From Chiloscyllium plagiosum (lineage: Eukaryota): a DNA stretch of 64,000 bases. Positions 52,523-64,000 of the stretch are shown piece by piece. The position numbers and the translations under genes were made by a program. The stretch lies in NCBI RefSeq assembly GCF_004010195.1, contig NC_057718.1, forward strand, positions 103,509,946 to 103,573,945, written 5' to 3'. The notes under the pieces were generated by a model that was given only the letters and a program-made list of their open reading frames with translations, was not told the DNA's origin and did no database searches. Every line of letters begins with the position of its first letter. Position 1 is the stretch's first letter.

Positions 52523-53022
52523 NNNNNNNNNNNNNNNNNNNNNNNNNNNNNNNNNNNNNNNNNNNNNNNNNNNNNNNNNNNNNNNNNNNNNNNNNNNNNN
52601 NNNNNNNNNNNNNNNNNNNNNNNNNNNNNNNNNNNNNNNNNNNNNNNNNNNNNNNNNNNNNNNNNNNNNNNNNNNNNNNNNNNNNNNNNNNNNNNNNNNN
52701 NNNNNNNNNNNNNNNNNNNNNNNNNNNNNNNNNNNNNNNNNNNNNNNNNNNNNNNNNNNNNNNNNNNNNNNNNNNNNNNNNNNNNNNNNNNNNNNNNNNN
52801 NNNNNNNNNNNNNNNNNNNNNNNNNNNNNNNNNNNNNNNNNNNNNNNNNNNNNNNNNNNNNNNNNNNNNNNNNNNNNNNNNNNNNNNNNNNNNNNNNNNN
52901 NNNNNNNNNNNNNNNNNNNNNNNNNNNNNNNNNNNNNNNNNNNNNNNNNNNNNNNNNNNNNNNNNNNNNNNNNNNNNNNNNNNNNNNNNNNNNNNNNNNN
53001 NNNNNNNNNNNNNNNNNNNNNN
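52523..53022. other. Assembly gap (500 N), followed by CA-rich low-complexity sequence to ~53320
   Basis: Run of N with (CA)-rich flanks. Confidence 1.
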
Positions 53023-54069
53023 AGACACATCCTGCTCCCAAATTCACAGTCTCACATGCACACACGCCCCTATTCAGCCACATTCAGACATCACTGAGTG
53101 TGTATGTATGTGGCAGGTGTGTCAGTTTTGTTTGTGTTGGTTTTGTATGTGCCCAGCCACACAAACAAAACTATCACACCCATTACCCACATACACACTC
53201 AGTCACACATCTATACATAACCATTATATACACGTACACTCTCAAATCACTCTCGCACACATATACATAAGTACTCAGGCATTCATGTCCCCACATCTAC
53301 ATACACACACACACATTCTCTTTCAGGAATTGAATGCTAACTTGCGTTTTCCTTCCACTGGAACCACAGGGAGTTTGAAATCAGAGCAAGGTGTAGTTTG
53401 GATTGAATATTCCAACTCCGCTCTCGCTAAACACTGTAATTCTGGGCTCCTATTTGTCTAATTTTATGTCAAAAATCACTTTCCTCTCTGCAAGTGTATT
53501 CTAGACAATTCTATATGAACAGATTTTCAGTTTAGCTCTGATATAATGTAGATAGGAAATCGTTTTCCCACTATTGTTATTTCTGGCAGAATGAGTTATT
53601 AGGACTTATTTGTTGATTGAATTAATTGTTTCAAGATTCATTTCCTCAGAAAGCAAGTTTTGTGGCTAAACTGGCTAATCTATCACACGTGGCCCTTTCA
53701 AGTTGTGATTAATTACAGTTTTAACGTTCAAAATAACAGGTTAAAGTATTTTTTTAGTCTACCTCCCCAACTCCTGACAATTTCACTCCCAAAAATCCCT
53801 TTCCTGCTCTGAATGTCTCACTCAATTTACAGTGCTCCTCAACCAATGCTTAAAAAAGCCACAATTTCACACCTTCCCAAACAGAATTTATCTGGTCAAG
53901 CATATTCAACTCCATCAGAAAGTTTAAAAATGGATTTCAGAAGTTTCTTAAAAGTTCAGCAGCATAAAAGCAGATTGTAAAAGTAATGACTGAAAGACAC
54001 TAATCCTGTAATGCAGCCTGAGCTTACTCAAGCACTTCAGAGACAATCTGCAGCATCTCATTTCACTGT

Positions 54070-54280
54070 GGGGGGGGGGGGATACACACACACATATGCC
54101 TGTGTATCTATACACATGTGCAAGTATCTGTGCACACATTAGCAAGTGTATGTATATAAATGTGTGTACACGTATGTATGCATATGCACGCGCATGAGAG
54201 TGTATACACGTTAGCAAGTGCATGAGTGTATATATACACATGTATCAAGTATGTGTACATGCAAGTGTGTGTGAGCAAGT
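54070..54280. repeat. Degenerate (TG/TA/CA)n microsatellite
   Basis: Alternating purine-pyrimidine tract after a poly-G run. Confidence 0.8.
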
Positions 54281-54614
54281 GTTTTAGAAACTACTATATT
54301 AAAAATTGAAATGTTACGCGAGCTGGTGAATTAGTAACATATACATTTTATTTTCCTTAAAATTCATATAAAACATGTGAAACGTATCAGCGAGCCCTCC
54401 TCCATCCACTCAAGGTAAGTGTACCAGTTTCGGTTGTACAGAGACAAACAGCCCATGCCATCCCTGATTCAATCATTCTGTCTGTTCTCTGATCTCAACA
54501 GGGACCGCTCTATCACTGGGGGGCAACTCATCATTGCTCACGTGACTGGCTGCTGTGCAAGAGCCCTTTTCTTTCATAGTCAGGTTCCAATCTCACCCAC
54601 CTATCTCATCAATG

Positions 54615-54885
54615 CCTCCTACACTCCTGCCTCACCTCCATAACCCCTCCCTCACCACCACAACTCCTTCACTCCCCTTCACCTCCATGTTCCCTCCCCC
54701 TCCACTCCGCGCTCAGCTCCAGACCTCCTCCACGCTCCCTCACATCCATAACCCATTCTCTCTCCCTCACCCCTATACTCTTTCCCTCGCCACTCCCCCC
54801 TCACCTCTGCCCTTACATCTGTCCGTCTTCTTCCCCTCCTCCCCTCCCAACCAATCTGCCTCCCATTCCTGCCCCCACTCTAAGA
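54615..54885. repeat. C/T-rich low-complexity tract (G/A-rich in the pre-mRNA, just downstream of the exon-7 donor)
   Basis: Base composition. Confidence 0.7.
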
Positions 54886-55002
54886 TCTAATGAGTGTTTC
54901 TCATTGTCAGATGACCAGTGTATTGGCCATTAGACCCAATGGGCTGTGAGGTTTGTGTATCAGAGCGTTATCAAACAGACGGGCAATTGTTTAGTTTCTT
55001 AC

Positions 55003-55111
55003 CTGGTTCACTGCTGTTATCACCACTGTGTGATGTGTGGCCCCCACTGGAGGGGCCAGGTGTGCCACCCGAATGTGTTGATGCAGTGTCATCGTGATCC
55101 CTGTTCCAGGT
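55003..55111 (-). CDS. MEIS1: MEIS1-like homeobox gene, internal coding exon (equivalent to human exon 7), 109 bp
   Basis: Minus strand reads ...tccctccttcag|ACC TGG AAC...GAA CCA G|gtaag and encodes [36 protein letters not shown]. This closely matches the MEIS1 linker ([33 protein letters not shown]) and fits MEIS2/3 less well. Canonical AG/GT sites, phase-1 donor. Confidence 0.93.
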
Positions 55112-55595
55112 CTGAAGGAGGGAATGACACGGATAAGGGAAAATGAAAGCTGACAGCAAAACCTCCACATCACAATTTACCCCAGGCACACAAAGTACGG
55201 GGAGAACACCTTTCCTGTTTTCGGGTGGCACCGCGTACAGACCTTCATGAGAATATCGAAATGGCACTGCCTCTGAGCGGAATTCATTCGTTCATAGGAA
55301 GTGAGCGTAACAGGCTGGCCCACTATTTGATGCCCAGCCCTAACTGCCCCAGGACTGAGTGGCTCACTGGGCCATTTCAGAGGGCATTTAGAGTCAATCC
55401 CTAGTGACCTCAAGACCATATGAAGTAGAAACAGGAGTAAACCATTCACCCCAATTGCTGTGGGCCACATGTTGGCCAGGCTGCTTGAGCAGTGCAGATT
55501 TCTTTCGCTAAAAGGGGCATTAGTGAACCATGTGGACTTTCACAACAATCGACAGCAATTGCGCTCTTACTGAGACTAGTCTGAATATTTCAGAT

Positions 55596-56218
55596 CAGAG
55601 TCCAGATTAGAGTGGTGCTGGAAAAGCACAGCAAGTCAGGCAGCATCTGAGGAGCAGGAGAATCAATGTTTTGGGCAAAAGCCCTTCATCAGGAACAGAG
55701 GCAGAGAGCCTGAAGGGTGGAGAGGTAAATGAGAGGGGAGAAAGTAGCATGGAGTACAATAGGTGACTCCAGGCGTCGGGTGGTGAGGGAGCGGCGGTGA
55801 AGGAGGCCCAGGACCTCCATGTCCTCAGCAGAGTGGGAGGGGGAGTTGAAATGTTGGGCCACGGGGCGGTGTGGTTGATTGGTGCAGGTGTCCCGGAGAT
55901 GTTCCCTAAAGCGCTCTGCGAGGAGGCGCCCAGTCTCCCCAATGTAGAGGAGACTGCACCGGGAGCAACGGATACAATAAGTGATATTGGTGGATGTGCA
56001 GGTGAAACTTTGATGGATGTGGAAGGCTCCTTTGGGGTCTTGGATGGAGGTGAGGGAGGAGGTGTGGGCGCAGGTTTTGCAATTCCTGCAGTGGCATGGG
56101 AGGGTGTGTTGTTGGGGGGCGTGGACCTGACCAGGTAGTCACGAGGGAACGGTCTTTGCGGAAATCGGAAATGGATGGGGAGGGAAATATATCCTGGTGG
56201 TGGGGTCCGTTTGGAGGT
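55596..56218 (-). mobile_element. Penelope-like retroelement 3' fragment (Zn-finger, GIY-YIG endonuclease, pLTR) inserted in a SINE family B copy (~55285-56335)
   Basis: Minus strand translates CHCRNCKTC...NITYCIRCSRCSLLYIGETGRLLAERFREH...VAQHFNSPSH. A decayed hammerhead CTGATGA-A-GGGC-tttt-GCCC-AAAAC lies at ~55666-55692. Confidence 0.9.
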
Positions 56219-56596
56219 TGAGATGAATGTCAGTTCCACCAGAGTTGGATTTGAACCCATACCCCCAGTGAGTTAGTAATGCTAGATTTCTGAATTCCTA
56301 GTCCAGTGGCTTTGTCACTGCACTAACCTCCTCCACCTCATGTATATGTCAGTTTGCCTTTGTGAATTCACATCAGCGAGTTCCTGATATCAGGAAGCGC
56401 AAGTGAATACAGGTTCACATCAACACTGGAGGCTAAGGGGTCAAGGTCTCTGGGGAGAGAATGGGATTATGCTCCTTCGGTAAAGGATGAGCCATGATCA
56501 TGCTGAATGGTGGAACAGCCTGATGGGCTGAATGGTTTACTCATGCTCCTACAATTCTATGTTTTACACCACCATGGCTAAAGCAAAAGGCTTTCC

Positions 56597-57180
56597 AGCA
56601 GATGGTTATACAGGACTGTTCTGAGTTGGTCCTAGTAGATGGTTATACAGGACAGTTCTGAGTTGGTCCAAGTAGATGGCTATACAGGACAGTTCTGAGT
56701 TGGTCCTAGTAGATGGTTATACAGGACAGTTCTGAGTTGGTCCTAGCAGATGGATATACAGGACAGTTCTGAGTTGGTCCTAGCAGATGGTTATACAGGA
56801 CAGTTCTGAGTTGGTCCTAGCAGATGGTTATACAGGACAATTCTGAGTTGGTCCTAGTAGATGGTTATACAGAACAGTTCTGAGTTGGTCCTAGTAGATG
56901 GTTATACAGGACAGTTCTGAGTTGGTCCGAGTAGATGGTTATACAGGACAGTTCTGAGTTGGTCCTAGTAGATGGTTATACAGGACGGTTCTGAGTTTGT
57001 CCTAGCAGATGGTTATACAGGACAGTTCTGAGTTGGTCCTAGTAGATGGTTATACAGGACAGTTCTGAGTGGTCCTAGTAGATGGTTATACAGGACAGTT
57101 CTGAGTTGGTCCTAGCAGATGGTTATACAGGACAGTTCTGAGTTGGTCCTAGCAGATGGTTATACAGGACAGTTCTGAGT
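56597..57180. repeat. 37-bp minisatellite, ~15.8 copies
   Basis: Unit AG(T/C)AGATGGTTATACAGGACAGTTCTGAGTTGGTCCT repeated head-to-tail with 0-2 differences per unit and no spacers. Confidence 0.97.
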
Positions 57181-57639
57181 CAGGTCTCTTCTCCATCCCT
57201 TCACAATTCAATCACTTTGGCAAAGGCAATCCACAATAGAAACTGAATGCAAATATAAAATAACCACCATCTACCACAAAGAACATTTATGCATCGATAA
57301 AATATTGCTGCCTTTCTCTTCATGGCAAACATGTCTTTACACATCCTATTTATACTCTCACTCACACGTTTCTTCGATATCCATCTCCTTATTTACATTT
57401 AACTGCAATAGCAGCTTCTCGCCCAGCTACTAATTGCATTTTCTGATAGTCTCCTTTTCTAACTCACTTCCATGCTGACAGACTCTGCTGTGTAGTACCT
57501 TGGGCTGTTTTCTATGTTGATAGGTGCTCTATGAATGTTGTCATTGACCCATTGCTTGTTTGACAGTCTAACTTTATCCCAACCCTTCCCCCATTTTCAG
57601 CCACAAGTGAAAAATTAATCTCTATCCTTTGTGCAATCT

Positions 57640-57900
57640 GATTATGAAACTGAGATTTCGAGGGGATTTGAGGAGTACATTTTTCACCCAGAACATGGTG
57701 GGGGTCTGGATTGCATGGCCAGGGAGGGAAGGGGAGGTGGGAAATCTCACAGCCTTTAAAATGCACCTGCCTGAGCACTTGAAGTTTCATAACATCCAAA
57801 TGCTGAGAAGTGGGACTAGTATAGATTTAAAGGATTTATGGCAGTCCAAAGTCAATGGGCCAAACCGCCTCTTCTGTGCTGTATAATTTGATGATTCTCT
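57640..57900 (+). mobile_element. Degenerate CR1 3' end
   Basis: RFRGDLRSTFFTQ.MV.VW-like coding and the UTR cctcttctgtgctgtataat. Confidence 0.6.
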
Positions 57901-58169
57901 GAATCCAAGAACCCATGAAATATCTGATTCAGCATGACAGTGACATCACATCAATATCATTTGCACTATCACCACGCAACAGCTTCACATCATCCTCCTT
58001 TAGTATCAGAAATTACTCCAAAGAAACAATAAAGAACGTGATTTTACTCTTTCATTTTCAACCAATAACGCTAACCCCAATCACAACATGCATTTTCAAA
58101 CTGATTTTGCACTTAATAAGCATTTGACCTTAGAACAGACAGGAAGATACAGATGCATTTTTACTAATA

Positions 58170-58305
58170 TACATGCAGTCCCAAATTTATGAATGTCTGA
58201 CTTATAAATGTGGGAGTGTATAAATGAGATCCCATATAGGATATACGTATATTACATCATCAACTTACGAACATACCCAAGAACGCAACCTGTTTGTAAC
58301 GTGAT
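58170..58305. mobile_element. Possible degenerate Tigger/TcMar-type MITE remnant
   Basis: tacatgcagtccc...acttacgaac...acctgtttgtaac loosely resembles Tigger-type termini. Confidence 0.3.
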
Positions 58306-59949
58306 ATTCACTCAGGCTAGTCCTGTTTAACTGTGGGATTTGCCCAGGCCATTTCAGAGAGTGGTTAAGGGATCAACCTTATTGCTGTGGGCCAGGGTTC
58401 ATATGTAAACCAGACCTGGTAAGACTGGCAGATTTTCATACTTGAAAGAACTTGCCATGACAATCCAACCATTTCATGGCCGCCATGACTGATACGAGCT
58501 CTTTAATTCCATGCTTCATTTAATTAAATGAATACAAACACCCAGCTGATATGCTGAGATTTGAAGTTGTGTCTCCAGACTAGATTAGTAGTCCAGCAAC
58601 TGAGTTAGAGTGACTCAGATGTAACACTCATGATTGGTAAAAGATAGAGTTCTCAGACCTGTTCTGTCCTTAGAGAGAAATACAACTGGCACTGGTTTAA
58701 CCTGAGGGTCACCATGCCTCAGGTGATGGGAGAGGTTGAGAAGGAGAGTCCTTCACAAAATACCACTGGAGTTTACATAGATTAAAAGCAGTTAAATGCC
58801 CAGTAAATTAATTCATTGGTCTTTTTACTTAATTAATTCCACCCGCCCACCCCTGTGCCTGAACATACCCCGACTGCTTCCTCGAATTCAGTTCTATCAG
58901 AAGACTGAGATCAAAGTGATAAGAGATCGAATACACACATTCACAAATTCTAAATTGGAACGGGAGATGTGCAGGAGTGACTTAATCTCCAGTTTTCCTG
59001 TGGGGAAGTGCCCTGTCATCGTTTGTGACAACTCCCAGATGAGTTGGTCAAGATTAAGTGCTCCCTGTGTGGGAGCAAATGATTCTTTTTCTGCAAACCT
59101 CAACTATCTGGGCAAAATAATAAAGCAGATTTCTCCAAAACAGCATATTACTTCTGTGTCCACAAGATAAAAGTTGATCTTTTGTTCTTTTTCCAAAATA
59201 ATTAATGCCATGAGTTAAGTAATTACATCCACAAGTTGATGTTTTACACAGACACATGCAGTGAATTCGTGAGGCCTTAATATTTGAGCAGATATGTGTA
59301 TAGTCCTACCACAATGACAGTAATGTTTAACCCATTGACTAGGGCAGTGAATTATTGCAAGAGGTTTGAGTACTGTGGGTGCTAGATGCTGTAGCACTGT
59401 TTAAATTACATTCAAAGCTACATAAAAGGTTAATGGATTTGTTCAATTTAGACACTTAAATAATGAGAGAGATGACTGGTTGAAAGACATGTGGTTGTCC
59501 TGTAGTCTGAAGCTCTCCTTGGAACATGGCAGCATTGAAATTAAAGACTATGGGGAACTTGGCACCAATTGTTCAAAGTGGTGGCAACATGTCCATCCGG
59601 CAGCACCACTTTTTGAGTCTAAACATCTTAATGTGGAGGGGTGACAGAGAAAGAAGCAAATCCTGCATCCAGGTCCCAGTACAGCATGGCACATCCTACC
59701 TCTGTGCCCACCCTCTGTGGGTCAACATTCAGCTTTCTAAGTCATGCAAAGATCACGCAGCAATTTACCCTTGATGCTGAGCAGAGGTTATCGCTGAACC
59801 GAGTGGCAGCCAACAGTTTTGGCAGTTTCTAGTGTGAAGTGGGCAATTTGGAATCCCATGATTTCATGGATATTTGTTCCTCTACTCCCTCACTCTAACC
59901 CGACTTGTCCCTAACCTTAAACTGACCTATGGAGATTTTGTTCTATTCG

Positions 59950-60255
59950 TTTATAGGACATGCATATCACATTTATTGCCCATCCCTAATTGCCCAGGGG
60001 GCAATTAAGAGTCAACCACATTGCTGTGGGTCTGGAGTCAAATGTAGATCAGACCAGGTAAGGATGGCAGTTTCTTTCCCTAAAGGGCATTAGTGAACCA
60101 GATGGGGTTTTCCAACAATCAGCTACAATCCGGATTTTTATTGGGATTCAAATTCCACCACCTGGCACAGTGGGATTCACATCTGGGTCCCCATAACATT
60201 ACCTTGGTCCGTGGATTAATAGTCCAGCAGGGATAAAATTAGGTCATCACCTCCT
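59950..60255 (-). mobile_element. SINE family B, well-preserved copy
   Basis: atttattgcccatccctaattgccc...agagtcaaccacattgctgtgggtctggagtca...gtgggattcacatctgggtcccc. Confidence 0.8.
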
Positions 60256-61009
60256 GGCTAAGGTTGTAGCCAGAAACAAAGGATCTCAGGAGAGAAGTGG
60301 AAGCAGATGCTGCAGCTCTCCAATCACGTGAGCTTCTTCCTGACACCACTACTTAAACGTAATAGTTCCCTTCTGTCAGAAACAGTGAGGAACTGATGTG
60401 AATCGGGTGGGAGTGCCCCACTGAAGAGACATTGGCCTTCCCGTGTGATGGAGAAGGGGAGTCAGAAAGCTGCCTGAAAGCAGTTCTGCCTGGTTACAGC
60501 TTTAATGTGGTACCAGTTACTGTGGCTTGCATGCCCAGACAGCCTGGGAGCAGAAGGATCTGGTGCCTGGCAAGGTCCAGGGAGATGCAGCGTTTCTCTT
60601 TGTATGCGCAGACCTTGTGCAATGGATGGAGCAGGCTCCTTCATATCTGATGGAAAATCTCAGGCCTCACCTGCCTTTGGCTTTGCTCCTGAAGCTGTCC
60701 TCACCATGAGGGCCTACCCCATCAACCACTTATCCAGACAGCTCCCAGATCCCATCCTGCCTCAAGTCAGCCCTTGGGTCCCAACCAGCCACCGGACTGA
60801 AGACTGGCAGCACCCAGGAATCTGAAGATATGTAAAAATTTCCAGGCCTCAAAACGTTGGACAGTTCACACCCAGAGTGAGAAATCCAACTTTAAAGCCT
60901 GCACATCCTGGTTAGAAACAAGCTGAGAGACATGGGATTCTTTACTGTGCAGGTTGAAGGGTCATGTGGCTTTGAGTAAAAAAACGTTTGGTAGTCTTGT
61001 TAAGAATAA

Positions 61010-62420
61010 AGGAGTGGACCATCCAAAAGAGAGATGAGGAGGAACTCCTTCACTCTGGGAGGCGGGGGGAATGAGTCTTTGGGATTCTCTCCTCCAACCA
61101 ACTTTGGAAGCTCAACCTTTGAGCAGGATCAATAGATTTCAGCATACTAACGCCATGAAGGGAAAGGGAGATAGTGCAGAAACTTGGCATAGAGTGAGAT
61201 GATAAGCCATGATCTGACTGAATCTGAGATTTAAATAATATAGATGAGGCCTTTCGGGTCATTGGGTCCATATTACCAAAATAACGCTAATGTCAGTGAA
61301 TCATTGAAGCCTCACTTGGGCCAGAAGGCCTCTTTTGATTCCTATCTCCTGTGCTCCTGTGAAATTGGCAAAAAGAAGCTAATGTTTCGCACATTTGATG
61401 AAAAGATTGAGTAAACTTCTGTACCAAGCTTCTCACTGTGTTGATACGTTGACTGGACTTGACTGTTCTGACCTATGACTGGCACACAGGCTCATTAGCA
61501 CAGTTCTGCATATCACCAATATTTCAGACTAACCGAAAGGGTTAAATTGTGATTGCAGGGTTGCGCCGACTAATCTTGCATACCCTCAAGTAAAAGATTA
61601 AACAGTGAGCTGACTGTGCTGATTTGAGGTGATTAAAGGGGTTGGAAAAGTACACAGAAAAGAAATTCATTCATCAGGAGGAGAGGGGGAAGTGAGAATT
61701 CAGAATGAGGGGTTTCATCCACAAATTGGAGCTGGGCTGTTTAAGTGTGGTATCAGGGTGTCCTCATTCAAAAGAGGACAGAAACCTGGAACTGGCTGGA
61801 ACCATTAAACTGTGGGGGTGGGGATGGAGAGGGAAAGTGGGGTGTCGATGGAACATTTCAGATCTGAAATTGACCGAGATTAGGTAGGCAAGGGCATTAA
61901 CGACAGGGAGCCAAGATGCAGGTTAGCTATGATCTCACTTCTGGTCAAACATAGAGGGGGAGTGAGTATTCAGCCCCTCCAGCCTGAACCACCATTCAAT
62001 AAGATTGTGGCTGATCTGCTCACTCCATGTTCCCACTTACTCCTGATTGACCTTTCACCCCCCCTCGCTTGTCAAGTATCCATCTACCTCTGCCTTATCA
62101 ATATTCAAAGACTCTGCTTCCATCACCTTTTGAGAGTTCCAAAGGCACAGGGCAGCCATAAACAAAATAATTCTCCTCATCTGTCTTAATTGAGTGATCC
62201 CTAGCTTTTAAACAGTGTCTGTTAGTTTGAGATCCTCCCATTAGAAAAAGCATCCACCCAGTCAAGTCCTCTCAGGATCTTATATGATTCAAACAAGTCA
62301 GCTCTTAGTCTCTGAAACTCCAATAGATACGAGTCCAGTCTCTCCAACCTTTCCTCCTCAGATAATCCACTCATTCCATGTATGACTCTAGTACACCTTC
62401 CCTGACCTACTCCAAAGCCC
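61010..62420. mobile_element. Cluster of highly degenerate CR1 3' fragments in both orientations
   Basis: Residual CR1 3' motifs such as gatgaggaggaactccttcactc and tattcagcccctccagcctg. Confidence 0.5.
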
Positions 62421-64000
62421 TTTGATATCCTTTCTTTAATAAGTCTCTGGGTGACCTCTCACTATTCCAGCGTTCCTTCTCCTGGCTAAAACAATGTTCA
62501 AAAGCATTTTCTCTGTAGAAAGCAAGACCCAAAGAAATTACAATGGAAAAACAATCTCCCTTTAACAAATAGGCTAAACAAACATGGAAAAGTTAAATGC
62601 AGTGAACGTGATACTCATTTAATTTTGATCATGTCTATGCAGTGAGACTTTAATTTACACTTAGCTGATAAATGCTAAAATCAATCTGATAGAAACCTTG
62701 GATGGGCTAAAAGCTGAAGAATTATATGGGGAAGAGGTTTGCCACATGGTGAACCAGGACCATGTGGGTCACACACAGACTCAGCTTTTTGTCACTTCAT
62801 GTGTAACAAAGGGACAGAGAGGAATTCTGCATGCCTCATGGACTCAGCCCCATATCCAGTCACCCTGTGCTACTGAGTATGAAACAGACATCACTTGTTA
62901 CCACTTGGTATGTTTCAATGTCACATCCACATAGGAAAGAAATTGGCTGCAAATTAAATTTTGGGAGGATGAAAAATACAATTACAACTCGCTTTTTGCT
63001 CAAATCCGGACTTAGCCACCCAGAACAAAAAAAAATCTAATCAGCTTTCAGGACAAGTGATTAAAATGCAGCAATAAGTTGCAGGTCATTCTAGGTAGGC
63101 CTTCATGTGTACAATGTAAACTATCCTACACAGTACTGCGGATTGCAAAGTTACCTTAAGGGGGAATAATCAAACTTTTTTTTGCAAAACTCACCAAAAG
63201 ATCTATAATGCGGACTGTGTCCCTTCTCTGTTAGGATTCTCAGATTCCCTGTCATATGCTGCAACGATTAAACAATTATTGTCCATTACAACCACAACAT
63301 ACTAACAAAGCCAGGAAGTTACTTTCTCATATAGATCGAATCATGTGTTCATTTGGATGATGCACAATTTATTATGCTGCGTTTTTGGACAAATCTAAGC
63401 TGTACTTCAAAACGAGTGATATTGTCATTCAGTCCGAGGTATACGCTATTGCTTTGGAATACGATTTTTAAACAGTATCAAAGAGGAGGATTTGCAGCAA
63501 TTTAAGAAAGCTCTCCCACTGAAAGACCACTTGGAAAGAAACTACTTCTCATTCGCCTCTTTCCGTGAAGTGCACACTTTCCTCTAATAGAGCAGCAGCT
63601 AGAAATGCTAAGCCAACAAATGTTCCTTTTAAAGGAACATCATAATAACAACTTGCTTGCATGCACGGTATTTTAAAACACATGCATGACCTGCACGGTT
63701 TAAGACAGCCCACTGACCAGATACACTCTCTCCCCTACCTCAAACCCATTGAGCAGCTGAGTGCAAACTGCTCTGATTTCTGCTGATGCGAGATGCTAAA
63801 GCTCTAAGGAATAAATTCAAATTTTAAGCTAATGGAATGATAGTGTGCACATATGTGTGCTTAGCACCAATTTCCAGAAACCCCCCACTGGAATTGAACA
63901 AATACAACCAATTTAAAGCGGCAGAACTCAACGCACATCAGGATTTTTAAAAACAAAACTGTTGCTTATTTTCAGAAACTCAATCCTGAAGGGACCAGGA

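Noticed and set aside
52401..53461. Long ORFs of 172-336 aa
   Set aside because: They span the 500-N gap and CA-rich low-complexity sequence.
54971..55267. 98-aa ORF as a standalone gene
   Set aside because: Only 55003-55111 is MEIS-like and bounded by splice sites. The remainder is intronic read-through.
55607..56260. 217-aa proline-rich ORF as a novel protein
   Set aside because: It is an alternative frame of the PLE fragment; the meaningful GIY-YIG translation is in another frame.
56597..57180. CRISPR-like array (37-bp repeats with an internal palindrome)
   Set aside because: Units are contiguous with no unique spacers, there are no cas genes and the context is a vertebrate intron. It is a minisatellite.

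Overview
Eukaryotic vertebrate genomic DNA, almost certainly a shark or other cartilaginous fish (inferred from HE1/V-type SINEs, CR1 LINEs and the Penelope-like families present). The window lies inside a minus-strand MEIS1-like TALE homeobox gene. Two coding exons are visible: 55003-55111 (equivalent to human exon 7) and 15677-15822 (equivalent to exon 8, start of the homeodomain). They splice in frame across a ~39 kb phase-1 intron. The rest is intron, containing many SINEs, CR1/L2-type LINE fragments, Penelope-like element (PLE) remnants, three assembly gaps, a 37-bp minisatellite and repeat-free blocks that look like conserved enhancers. The most striking unannotated structure is a set of short PLE-derived insertions, mostly fold-back, with 11-17 bp target-site duplications. 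Most carry minimal type I hammerhead ribozyme motifs whose stems co-vary between families, and some lie in the sense orientation of the MEIS1 pre-mRNA. Other notable items are a templated local duplication inside a CR1, an old diverged inverted repeat and one SINE hit by four separate insertions. Repeat boundaries and family names were assigned by eye and are approximate.
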